Part shown: piece by piece, positions 26,562 to 34,820 of the stretch
Layout: the number at the start of each line of letters is the position of its first letter
Numbering within the stretch: the first letter of the stretch is position 1
IMG/VR virus record: IMGVR_UViG_3300029787_000163
Coordinates: 1-35,309 of that record
Length of the DNA: 35,309 nt
Direction: 5' to 3' (one strand)
Source: a virus
Lineage: Duplodnaviria > Caudoviricetes
Program-made: the position numbers and the translations under genes
Notes under the pieces: generated by a model
What the model was told of the DNA's origin: nothing
What the model saw: the letters and a program-made list of their open reading frames with translations, nothing else
Databases searched by the model: none

Positions 26562-27710
26562 CTAAGCCGTTAAGTCTCGGATACTTCCGCTTGTGCTTCT
26601 CTTGTATGCTACTAGTTCTCCAGCAGTTATGAATGCGTATTCTCTGCTTAGAACTTGTCTTACAGCCAAATTAGTGTTGTCGACATAGGTTGTTGGTGCT
26701 GCAACTCTCATTGCTAAGCTTGCCATGTCTAACATATATAATCTAGATGCTCCATCTTTTGGAACGTGTTGAGATAGGAATATTGGTATTCCATCGTATG
26801 CACCGACTCTAGAATCAAAGTTGAAACCTGCTTCTCCAGTAACTCCGTTCTGGTTAGCAGCTCCTGCTCCTGCTAAGTCAAACTTGAATGCTCCGTTTGT
26901 TCCTTGCATCAAAGCTTTTAGATTCTGATATGTGTCGTATCCAGTTAGCATAACTAAATCATTGTAGTTTGCACCATTTTCTAATAATGCTGCAATCATT
27001 GTGTCAAGGTCATCTAATGCCAATGCGTTGTTAGTTCCGTCATCGGTAAAGTGTGTGTGACCTGCATCAAAGAAAGCGTTAGATGAAATATCTAATCCAT
27101 ACATATCACAGTCATCTTGACTATTAGATGGAGATTGTGCATCTGTTACATAAGCTAAGGTAGCTGTTACACGGTCTAAGGATTCCATGTTGTTTCCTGC
27201 TTGACCTGCTCCAGTTGCTCCGTCACTGTTTGCTTCTACAGATTTTGTTAGCATATCATCAAGGAAGAAAGCGTGTGCTTCTCCTTGTTCTTTTCTCATG
27301 AAAGCTGCTAAGTTGCCAAGTCCGTCATCTGCTTCAGATAGGATTTCAGCTTTTGAGGACATTTGCCAAGGAGTTACAACTTCTTTCAAAGTTAGTGTAA
27401 TCTCTTTTAGCTCTGGGTGGTCAGTTTCTGGGAAAGCTCCGCCTTCTGCTACTCCAGCAGTTGTTGCGTGACGTGCTGTCAATGCTCTGAAACCAGACTG
27501 TGTCCATGCTTCTTTCTTCAAAAGTTTAAAAACTTCTGACTTAGTATTTAGCTGATTGAATACTTTTGCCCCGAAGACGGTGTTTAATCCTTCTGCTAGG
27601 CCACTGGTATCAATGTTGTCATCAGCTTTACTAATGCCGTACCTCTTGGATATTCCAAGTGTTCCGCCGTAATAGGCGTTTACATATTCTTCGAAACTCA
27701 TTCCTGCCAT
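26562..27710 (-). CDS. Major capsid protein (HK97 fold)
   Basis: GVAEGGAFPE E-loop motif, YDGIPIF P-domain motif; 382 aa after protease/scaffold. Confidence 0.93.
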   Translation of the reverse strand: MAGMSFEEYVNAYYGGTLGISKRYGISKADDNIDTSGLAEGLNTVFGAKVFNQLNTKSEVFKLLKKEAWTQSGFRALTARHATTAGVAEGGAFPETDHPELKEITLTLKEVVTPWQMSSKAEILSEADDGLGNLAAFMRKEQGEAHAFFLDDMLTKSVEANSDGATGAGQAGNNMESLDRVTATLAYVTDAQSPSNSQDDCDMYGLDISSNAFFDAGHTHFTDDGTNNALALDDLDTMIAALLENGANYNDLVMLTGYDTYQNLKALMQGTNGAFKFDLAGAGAANQNGVTGEAGFNFDSRVGAYDGIPIFLSQHVPKDGASRLYMLDMASLAMRVAAPTTYVDNTNLAVRQVLSREYAFITAGELVAYKRSTSGSIRDLTA

Positions 27711-27712
27711 AT

Positions 27713-28207
27713 TTAGTTTTCTCCTACTATTTCTTCAAGCTCATCCCAAGACTTGGACATTTTGTTCCAGTCTATGGAAGTTGCTTTTGGAGCGTCAGTT
27801 GCTGGTGCAGGTGTAACCTTTGAACCAGCATATACGGAAATTCCGTATTTCTTAAGTGATTTCATAACGACATCTAAGGAAGGTTCGGACTCTTTCTTTT
27901 TGTCCTCGTGTTCTTCTTTCTCTTCTTCTTCCTTTTCTTCGTGTTCTTCTTTTTCTTCGTCTTCAGGTTTTCTTAACTCTTCGACTTTTGCGTGAAGGGC
28001 TTTGATTTCCTCAGCCATTCTCTTCATGTCGTAGTGTTCGTCTTTTTCCTCTTCTTCGTGTTCACCTTTCTCTGCTTCCTCTTCTACTATATCAGGTAGC
28101 TCATCTGGTGACACTACTTCAACTGTAACTTCTTCAGATTTGACTTCTTCTACAGTCTCGTCTGCTTTTTCGGTGCTGCAATCGCAGTCCTCTGCCTTTG
28201 TAGTCAT
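27713..28207 (-). CDS. Nested in-frame scaffold protein (164 aa, MTTKAEDC...)
   Basis: TTTATAAA at 28230-28237, 23 nt from in-frame ATG 28207; acidic coiled-coil. Confidence 0.6.
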   Translation of the reverse strand: MTTKAEDCDCSTEKADETVEEVKSEEVTVEVVSPDELPDIVEEEAEKGEHEEEEKDEHYDMKRMAEEIKALHAKVEELRKPEDEEKEEHEEKEEEEKEEHEDKKKESEPSLDVVMKSLKKYGISVYAGSKVTPAPATDAPKATSIDWNKMSKSWDELEEIVGEN

Positions 28208-29287
28208 AGTCTCTATTTTGTTAGTTTCATTTATAAAGTTATTGTAATTGTCGGCTTTTACTATTCTTTCGTCATCATGACTTTCTATTAATGCAAACTC
28301 ATACGCTTCTAATGCACCATCATGAGGTTCGTAATCTCCCTCCATTAATGCAGGCCCATCTCTTGTAATCATCCAGTGATAACCTTTAGGTGGTTTTGCA
28401 ATAACTGTTTTTCCGTTATCTTTCTTAGTAGATTTAGGATGGTCCTTTGGAAGTAAATCATAATCTGTTGTGTATTTAGGATTTGCAGGTCTGCCTGATT
28501 TTAATAATTTAAGAAAGGCTTTGACCCTTGCTACGGCCCACTGGTCTCTACTTGATACGCTAGGTCTATGACTAGTGGAAAAAGCTCCTGCACCTCTACG
28601 AAATACAGACTTTAACGCTCCGAGATTTGCTTTCTTTGCAGGGTCATCGCCAACATCTTCATTATGTTTGTCTCTTAAATTTTCTAATGTCTTAATGTTT
28701 GCTTCACTTAATTTAATTCCACCACGCTCTCCACTTGCACTGCCTGCTGGATTCTTGTCACTGCCCGTTCTTTGCTCACTGGGTTTAGCTGGCTCACCAG
28801 CATGGCGGCTTTTGGCCAATGCAACGTCAGTAACGGTCGCTTCTATGTTAGCTGGGTTGTCACCTACCCAAGACACAGACCAAAGCCCCAAATCGTTTAT
28901 TTTGTTAAAGCAAGTATTAGCTCCATCAGGACATACTAAATCCTGAGATATTGTTTCTCCCCTAATACTACTGCCACCGTTTTTACCAAAGTCTTGAATC
29001 TCTTCCCAGACTTTGTTATGCATTTCTAATTGATTGTGAATACCATACTTGACTTTGATTTTACCATTATCTATTTTGTAAGCCAATGGTAGACCAATAG
29101 GAATCTCTTCATGTTGATAAGAATAGATTCCGTACTTCATGTAGAAATCCATTGACTCTTCTAATACTTCTGTAGGAATCAAATCGTTTTGTTTATCTAT
29201 GATTGGTGAGTTAATGTATGTCTCCATTACTCTATCATTGTACCATTCCTTTCGATAAACTTTCCAGTCACTGGATTTGGCTGACAT
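27713..29287 (-). CDS. Prohead protease with inserted domains and C-terminal acidic scaffold
   Basis: IDKQNDLI, YQHEEIPIG (His), GSSIRG (Ser), SVSWVGDNPAN; E/K-rich C-terminus. Confidence 0.9.
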   Translation of the reverse strand: MSAKSSDWKVYRKEWYNDRVMETYINSPIIDKQNDLIPTEVLEESMDFYMKYGIYSYQHEEIPIGLPLAYKIDNGKIKVKYGIHNQLEMHNKVWEEIQDFGKNGGSSIRGETISQDLVCPDGANTCFNKINDLGLWSVSWVGDNPANIEATVTDVALAKSRHAGEPAKPSEQRTGSDKNPAGSASGERGGIKLSEANIKTLENLRDKHNEDVGDDPAKKANLGALKSVFRRGAGAFSTSHRPSVSSRDQWAVARVKAFLKLLKSGRPANPKYTTDYDLLPKDHPKSTKKDNGKTVIAKPPKGYHWMITRDGPALMEGDYEPHDGALEAYEFALIESHDDERIVKADNYNNFINETNKIETMTTKAEDCDCSTEKADETVEEVKSEEVTVEVVSPDELPDIVEEEAEKGEHEEEEKDEHYDMKRMAEEIKALHAKVEELRKPEDEEKEEHEEKEEEEKEEHEDKKKESEPSLDVVMKSLKKYGISVYAGSKVTPAPATDAPKATSIDWNKMSKSWDELEEIVGEN

Positions 29288-29304
29288 AACTGGATTTAGT
29301 ATCG

Positions 29305-29337
29305 CTACTATTTATTTGTAACTGTTATGTCGGCTTT
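29305..29337 (-). promoter_or_regulatory. Candidate promoter of protease-capsid operon
   Basis: AAATAAATAG ~20-30 nt from ATG 29287; AAAGCCGACA box (29328-29337) also at 28249-28258. Confidence 0.5.
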
Positions 29338-29382
29338 GGCAGTTTAAAGCACCATCAGGTACTGCCAGACCTATTAACTTGC

Positions 29383-29568
29383 TTACAACTTGCCGAGTTG
29401 CTCTTTCTCGTAACAATCATTACACACTTGGTCTGTGCAGTGATTTGACATTGTGTCGTACATATCACATTTAATGTAACGACGACTTCTGCCAAGAGAT
29501 AGGACTGCGGAGCCAATGTCAAATTTAGTCCAATGCTGTTTGCAAAAGATACACAATTCTAATGGCAC
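29383..29568 (-). CDS. Cys-rich zinc-finger micro-protein
   Basis: CIFC, C..., CNDC; start uncertain. Confidence 0.55.
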   Translation of the reverse strand: MPLELCIFCKQHWTKFDIGSAVLSLGRSRRYIKCDMYDTMSNHCTDQVCNDCYEKEQLGKL

Positions 29569-29637
29569 ATCCCATTCACTTAGTTCAGCGGTTATTTTCT
29601 CACCTCCTTTGTTTTTGTCACGGCTTGTTTATTCATA

Positions 29638-29793
29638 TTAGAATCCTAATTCCTTTCTAGTTATCATCTTTCCTTTTATCATATACTTATCACAGTTAGG
29701 ACAAACCCTTGCTGTATTTCTTCCATAGTTAAACCAACACTTACCTAATGCTTCTCCGCAATCTAGACAACTGCCCCAATGATGTTTACTCAT
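29638..29793 (-). CDS. 51 aa zinc-finger micro-protein (start MSKHHW)
   Basis: CLDC...CPNC; GGAGG upstream of ATG 29793. Confidence 0.75.
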   Translation of the reverse strand: MSKHHWGSCLDCGEALGKCWFNYGRNTARVCPNCDKYMIKGKMITRKELGF

Positions 29794-30058
29794 TATCCTC
29801 CCTTTCGTAAAGACTTTCTTCCTCTCTAAACCCACTAGGTTCCCACTCAACTATTCCATCTCCTCCATTATAGCCCAAGTAGTATACTGGTTCTTCGTAG
29901 ATTGTTACTCTTTCAATTGCCACAATGTCTGGATGCATACCTTGTTTGCATTCCTTTGCCAATTTCTGAGCTTTTCTCCATTCCTTTCCATAAAGGAAAT
30001 CTAAATCTTGCCCCCATTCTTCTCCTCTGTGTATAGTGTATTCTATGTATTTTCTCAT
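29786..30058 (-). CDS. Hypothetical protein
   Basis: 90 aa; GAGGT SD. Confidence 0.75.
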   Translation of the reverse strand: MRKYIEYTIHRGEEWGQDLDFLYGKEWRKAQKLAKECKQGMHPDIVAIERVTIYEEPVYYLGYNGGDGIVEWEPSGFREEESLYEREDNE

Positions 30059-30238
30059 TTAGAACCTCATTGATTTGCCTTTTTTCATTGGGCCTCTTGC
30101 ATTTGGCCTTTTACAATATTCATTGTGCCATTGTGATAATCCTGCCCAGCCACCTAGTGGATTCTCACAGGCATAACATACCTTTCTTTTCTTTGCGTCG
30201 ATTTGTGCCGATTTGATTGTTGAGTTTTGTTTGCTCAT
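30059..30238 (-). CDS. 59 aa zinc-finger protein, first gene after promoter module 5 (not in ORF track)
   Basis: MSKQNSTIKSAQIDAKKRKVCYACENPLGGWAGLSQWHNEYC...; ATG 20 nt from TATA. Confidence 0.75.
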   Translation of the reverse strand: MSKQNSTIKSAQIDAKKRKVCYACENPLGGWAGLSQWHNEYCKRPNARGPMKKGKSMRF

Positions 30239-30326
30239 AGAATCCCAGACGCTAGGGTTATATAAAGACTTTCGCTGTAATTTGTGCTTAAAATCGTAAA
30301 AGTTAGCTTTGTGTAGGTTTATAGAA
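30239..30326. promoter_or_regulatory. Double-TATA promoter module 5 (10 bp shorter, divergent)
   Basis: TTATATAA 30258-30265; TTTGTGCTTA 30281-30290; TTATAGAA 30319-30326 without CCGAAAG. Confidence 0.75.
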
Positions 30327-30328
30327 CC

Positions 30329-30676
30329 CTACGATAGGTTCTCAATAAAGAACTCTGCAACCCTACGTCTGTTGTTCTCAAAAGCTGGTCTCATGAATGG
30401 TTTCGGACCGCCATTGGGACCAGTGCCTTCTGGTGAACCATATTCTACATGAGGTGCATATTCTACATTCGTACCAATTACTTTTACCAGAAACTCTCTT
30501 TTGACGTTAATAGAGGCACGTAAGCGGCCTGTATCTACTGGGACAATACGTTGGGCCTCCAGAGACATTGCGTCTGCTGTATCATCCAATGCTGCATCCA
30601 TCACTTGCGGATGCTCTTCTGCTATCTTTTGTAAAGTAGATTTGAATTTGTCTCCGCCTTTAATTTTAATTCCCAT
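30329..30676 (-). CDS. HK97 gp10-like neck/tail completion protein
   Basis: PVDTGRLRASI...YAPHVEYG...PFMRPA signature. Confidence 0.92.
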   Translation of the reverse strand: MGIKIKGGDKFKSTLQKIAEEHPQVMDAALDDTADAMSLEAQRIVPVDTGRLRASINVKREFLVKVIGTNVEYAPHVEYGSPEGTGPNGGPKPFMRPAFENNRRRVAEFFIENLS

Positions 30677-30909
30677 CAGTATCCTAGAACTTCATCAACC
30701 GAAGCATCGCCATACTTCTCTTTCCACTTCTTCTTAATTACCTTTTCACCTTGCTTAAACATTGCTACACGCCGTCTCTTTGCCATCTGTTCTCTAGCTA
30801 CTCTTTCTCCTTGTTTCCAAGACAACTCATTTGTGCAAGCCTGACAAAATCCATTACTTAGGATATGTACAGACATTGGGCCAGCTCTACATTTTTTACA
30901 ACTACTCAT
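30676..30909 (-). CDS. Zinc-finger protein (start MSSCKKC preferred)
   Basis: CKKC...CQAC. Confidence 0.65.
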   Translation of the reverse strand: MSSCKKCRAGPMSVHILSNGFCQACTNELSWKQGERVAREQMAKRRRVAMFKQGEKVIKKKWKEKYGDASVDEVLGY

Positions 30910-30984
30910 CTTTCTTCTTTCCGTTTCCGTGATGACCATACTTTGCATTACAAATATGAATCTTAATATGGTCTGGCATTCTGC

Positions 30985-32004
30985 TCATGGTACTCTCGTT
31001 AATACTGTTCTTTGATTTGGATGCAACAACGAGTTCCCCCGAAGGGTAAATCCATAGGTAGCGCCAACTCTCTGTTGAAGAGCTATGAGGTCATCAAGTA
31101 ACATTCCTTCAGAAGGTATTTGACTGCCTATGTCTTTATGTGCCGCACAAGTCCTTGCACCCGATGCAACAACTAGTGTGTATCTAAAAGGTTTTTTGCG
31201 TACCTTTTCTTGCTTCTGATATGACGCTAATCTACCTTCATTACTAACGTTAATCATCTCTGTTCTAGCAATTCTAGTAAGTTTGTAAGTTTCTTGATTT
31301 ATTACTTTTTGCATTTCTGCTACAGTGTTAGGAATACTACGACCCTGAACAATAGAATCTGCAACAACTTGATTTAATTTTGTAGAAAGAATCGTAGACA
31401 ATTCATTGTAGTTATTTGTTTGCACACTATTGCTTTGCAAAGCCCTAATTGCGTCATCATCAACTTGGTCAAAATCTATTTGAAATCTGTCTTCTTTAAA
31501 TACTAAACTTGTTGTTTCTTGTTTTTTAACGCTGTTTTCCCCTGCTTTTTTGTTATCTGCTGCATTTATTTGACGAACTCTAGCTCTTGCCCAAGAATAT
31601 CCTGCATCTCCGCCCCAAAGTAGATGTGCAACATATCCTGCACTTGGATTATTTTCATTGCCCCAATCCTTGCCTTCTCTGTCTGATTGATGTCTATCAA
31701 AAAAAGCTTTCATTCTTTTACAAGTCTTAGGTGATAAGTTTACTCTGTTCTTAATATCTCTAGCTCTTGCGACTCCTACTTCTGTTCCGCCTCTACCAAA
31801 TTCTCTACGATATTCTAATCCTTTAGCTGCTTCATCTGCCATAGCTTTTGTAGGTTTAAAATTAATGTGTGAATATTTGTCTTGTTTCTCTAATACTTTT
31901 ACTCTATCTTCAGCAGCAGCAGATTTAAATCCATGTAAATATGCATCTCGCATTTCATCATTTACTAAATCTTTTAAATCTTTTACCAAGCCAATCATAA
32001 TCAT
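30985..32004 (-). CDS. SPP1 gp7 / Mu gpF-like head morphogenesis protein with inserted domain (true start probably further upstream)
   Basis: RIARTE, RTCAAH, LHPNQR motifs. Confidence 0.85.
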   Translation of the reverse strand: MIMIGLVKDLKDLVNDEMRDAYLHGFKSAAAEDRVKVLEKQDKYSHINFKPTKAMADEAAKGLEYRREFGRGGTEVGVARARDIKNRVNLSPKTCKRMKAFFDRHQSDREGKDWGNENNPSAGYVAHLLWGGDAGYSWARARVRQINAADNKKAGENSVKKQETTSLVFKEDRFQIDFDQVDDDAIRALQSNSVQTNNYNELSTILSTKLNQVVADSIVQGRSIPNTVAEMQKVINQETYKLTRIARTEMINVSNEGRLASYQKQEKVRKKPFRYTLVVASGARTCAAHKDIGSQIPSEGMLLDDLIALQQRVGATYGFTLRGNSLLHPNQRTVLTRVP

Positions 32005-32090
32005 TGGCAGCAGTTCATTTATTTCAGAATATGTTTTGGCAGACCTAAGTCTGTTTACTTCTCGTTTGATAGTAACTGCTAAGTTTCTAT

Positions 32091-33491
32091 CTAAGGCTGA
32101 TACAAGTCTGCTTGTTCTTTTTGCTCCTCTTCCGCCTGAGACGTTGGCAAACTTCCTAAGTCTGTTTCTGGTAATATTAATTCTCCTTCTTCATCTAAAT
32201 CTACAGTGATTCCTACGCCTTGGAATGCAGCAATTACATCTGCTTTAGTTCTTAAGTTTGCTAAATGTTGTTGCTCATTACGTTCATCAATGTCATTAAA
32301 CACAACTTCCCAATCTGTTATCTTAAGAATATCTAATAGCGGTTGAAAAAATCCTTTGACTAAAACATTCTGTGTTTCTGTTATTGTTCTGTCCATCATA
32401 GACAACTGCTCACCTTCTGCATTTAATCCGCCTACTCCAGATACATCCCCAACTGCCAATGGCATAATTCCATAAGCTGAATTAATATCTTGATTTATCT
32501 TTTCCATGTAAGGAATCATACCAGCCTCTCCTTGACTTGGCATAATTGTAACAAACTTAGCTCCCGATTGCCCTTCACCAGAAGATATAATTGGTACAAA
32601 ATTAGGGTTGCGTCTAGTTTCTTCTGCTATATACTCACCTAATCTGTTAAGTGCAGTTTCATCTAGATTAGGAATATCTAAGAAACCTTTAGGTGGTCTT
32701 TCTAATCTAAATAATTTATTCTGATAGTTTTCTATTGCCAATGCAGTTTCTATCTTTTTACTTAATCCTATAATTGGCGATTCTCCATACAATCTAGCTG
32801 TAGAACTGTATTTGTTAAAGTGTATAATCTCATCTCTTGCAAACGGAATGTCTCCTTCTGCATCTTCAAATGTGTATGCAATCGGAACTAGTTTAGTTCC
32901 ACACTCTGCACAAGCTGAACCATTCATTCCTTTTCTACAAGTAGGACAGAATTTGTTATCCATTTGAAACTTACCAAATCTATCTGTATTGTATCTCATT
33001 TGTTTAGAATCTTCAACCCATATTTGAGATACTTGCTTTCCTAAAATATTGCCTGATTCATCTTTGACATAATCATAAACTACAGATGCCCAAGCATCGT
33101 CAAACACTTCAAGCTGTCTTATCAATGCTTTACAAAACTCTTCACCCGTAATATCGCTGTCTCCATTACTTGGGTCTTTCAATAACTTTTCTAAAACTAT
33201 TTTTTGGTCTTCACTAGGATTCTCAACTGTTTGCTCTAACCTGTATCCTTTAGCAACGGTCTGCGATGCAACTCGATTTATGACTGTTTGTAAATGTGAA
33301 TAATTTGTTGCTAAATCTTCTAGATGATGTAGATTGTAAATTGGGTCAATACGCATTGGTCCTGTACTTCCCATTGCTGGAGCCATATCGTAGACTGGTG
33401 TCCTAGCTTCTTTCTCTAAATTACCTTCTAAATACTTTTGTAAATTTGAGGTTTGTTTTGGCTTGCTCCTAAATCTGTCAAAAAATCCCAT
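32091..33491 (-). CDS. Portal protein with zinc-ribbon insertion
   Basis: FARDEIIHF...YGESPI, INSAYGIMPLAVG motifs; CPTC...CAEC insertion. Confidence 0.93.
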   Translation of the reverse strand: MGFFDRFRSKPKQTSNLQKYLEGNLEKEARTPVYDMAPAMGSTGPMRIDPIYNLHHLEDLATNYSHLQTVINRVASQTVAKGYRLEQTVENPSEDQKIVLEKLLKDPSNGDSDITGEEFCKALIRQLEVFDDAWASVVYDYVKDESGNILGKQVSQIWVEDSKQMRYNTDRFGKFQMDNKFCPTCRKGMNGSACAECGTKLVPIAYTFEDAEGDIPFARDEIIHFNKYSSTARLYGESPIIGLSKKIETALAIENYQNKLFRLERPPKGFLDIPNLDETALNRLGEYIAEETRRNPNFVPIISSGEGQSGAKFVTIMPSQGEAGMIPYMEKINQDINSAYGIMPLAVGDVSGVGGLNAEGEQLSMMDRTITETQNVLVKGFFQPLLDILKITDWEVVFNDIDERNEQQHLANLRTKADVIAAFQGVGITVDLDEEGELILPETDLGSLPTSQAEEEQKEQADLYQP

Positions 33492-33492
33492 G

Positions 33493-33672
33493 CTACCAGT
33501 CTGGGTCAGACCTCTTAGCTCTAATAAGCCTTTCTCTATTATCGGCTTGATATATGTAACTTTTAATTGCAGGCTCTAGGAATTTAGCGACAGTGACTCC
33601 ATGCGTTTTAGCTAATACTTTTACATCTTCTCTGATTCGGTTGTCAATGCCTTTTAATTCGAGGCGAGCCAT
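33493..33672 (-). CDS. Ribbon-helix-helix regulator, 59 aa (not in ORF track)
   Basis: MARLELKGIDNRIREDVKVLAKTHGVTVAKFLEPAIKSYI, Arc-like pattern. Confidence 0.8.
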   Translation of the reverse strand: MARLELKGIDNRIREDVKVLAKTHGVTVAKFLEPAIKSYIYQADNRERLIRAKRSDPDW

Positions 33673-33783
33673 TATGATGACAAGCCCTCTACTATTTGAA
33701 AGTTGAAAAAATTCTCATGGATATTTTTGGACCAAGAACTTGTCATCGGTATTGACTATGGCCACTGCCCTTTATATATTTTG

Positions 33784-34116
33784 TTAATCCTCTTGCGACC
33801 AAGTATAATAGGTCTCTTCAGCTTTCTCTCTCATCTTCTGAACTGCCTTTGATGATTGATGCATTTTAAGTTTGTTTTGTATTCTTCTACGACTTCTTTG
33901 AATTGATTCATCGCAAGGTGCATAATGTAACAAATCATACAAATCAGATAAGAATTTATCTTCTTCACAAAGTCTACCTTTAGAACTTGTAGCTCTGTAA
34001 AACTCTTGAAGAACTGAGTAATACAGGAACTTAGTATTGTCTCTGCAAACTTCATGTTCTTTCAAATGACGGAATACTAAATCTTCTACTTTATTCAGCT
34101 TCTTTGTTAAACCCAT
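33784..34116 (-). CDS. Hypothetical protein, possible HTH
   Basis: 110 aa; GGAGG SD; RDN..L...ESIQRSRRRIQ pattern. Confidence 0.75.
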   Translation of the reverse strand: MGLTKKLNKVEDLVFRHLKEHEVCRDNTKFLYYSVLQEFYRATSSKGRLCEEDKFLSDLYDLLHYAPCDESIQRSRRRIQNKLKMHQSSKAVQKMREKAEETYYTWSQED

Positions 34117-34167
34117 CTTTGATGTCCTCCTTTATTTGATTCTGCCATTCTTTTGTTGTTAACACTT

Positions 34168-34257
34168 CTATTCCTCGCATACTAAACATCTCCATCCTGA
34201 TTCCATATGAACCTTGGGACTGTAGCATTCATCGCAACGATATAAAACTAACTGCAT
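34168..34257 (-). CDS. 29 aa zinc-finger micro-protein
   Basis: MQLVLYRCDECYSPKVHMESGWRCLVCEE; GAGGTGA SD. Confidence 0.65.
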   Translation of the reverse strand: MQLVLYRCDECYSPKVHMESGWRCLVCEE

Positions 34258-34355
34258 TCTTCACCTCTCTCTTTTTTGCGTTTGATAAATTCAGCATAAG
34301 CTTTTGCAAATGCTTTGTCATCTGGTATAAATGTGATTACTGTTGTCTTACCCAT
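34248..34355 (-). CDS. 35 aa hypothetical protein
   Basis: MGKTTVITFIPDDKAFAKAYAEFIKRKKERGEECS; allele at 1-100. Confidence 0.65.
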   Translation of the reverse strand: MGKTTVITFIPDDKAFAKAYAEFIKRKKERGEECS

Positions 34356-34592
34356 TTAGTTCACCTTAGCATCTTTAACTTCTTGTTCCCAAATATATTC
34401 TTGCTCTTGCCTAACCATTAGGATTTCAGAGTATTCCCATTCAATCCACTCTGCTAATGCGTGAACATCAACAACCTTTTGAAATTCATCAAAAGATATG
34501 TGTTCCATGTCAGTTTCATACTGAAACATTGTAATTGCCTCCCTCAATTGAGGTGCTGTAAGCTTAGACCAGAAGGTGTTGTTGTTTTCCAT
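34356..34592 (-). CDS. Hypothetical acidic protein (allele B only)
   Basis: 78 aa; GGAG SD. Confidence 0.75.
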   Translation of the reverse strand: MENNNTFWSKLTAPQLREAITMFQYETDMEHISFDEFQKVVDVHALAEWIEWEYSEILMVRQEQEYIWEQEVKDAKVN

Positions 34593-34721
34593 TTATTTCA
34601 TCTCCACGAGTATTTGTCTGACGCATTTTGCCGTTACATCTTTTAAACATTCTGAAAAATCTGCTCCGCAAATTCGACAGTTGTTGCTTGCTATTTTAGT
34701 TGTTGAGTTATTTTTGCTCAT
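34593..34721 (-). CDS. 42 aa Cys-rich protein, first gene after promoter module 6 (allele B only)
   Basis: MSKNNSTTKIASNNCRICGADFSECLKDVTAKCVRQILVEMK; ATG 21 nt from TATA. Confidence 0.7.
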   Translation of the reverse strand: MSKNNSTTKIASNNCRICGADFSECLKDVTAKCVRQILVEMK

Positions 34722-34820
34722 ACTATACTAGTTTGGTAAGCATATATAAGCTTTTACCATATGTTTTGTGCTTAGGCCTGTTTTTTCTAGAGGTAAATCA
34801 GATTCCGAAAGCATATATAA
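34722..34820. promoter_or_regulatory. Double-TATA promoter module 6 (allele of module 1)
   Basis: TATA 34742-34749; TTTGTGCTTA 34765-34774; CCGAAAG-CATATATAA 34805-34820. Confidence 0.85.

Noticed and set aside
32880-32950. Zinc-ribbon insertion in portal as a novelty
   Set aside because: Real, but I recall similar insertions in other archaeal-virus portals, so kept as a feature note only.
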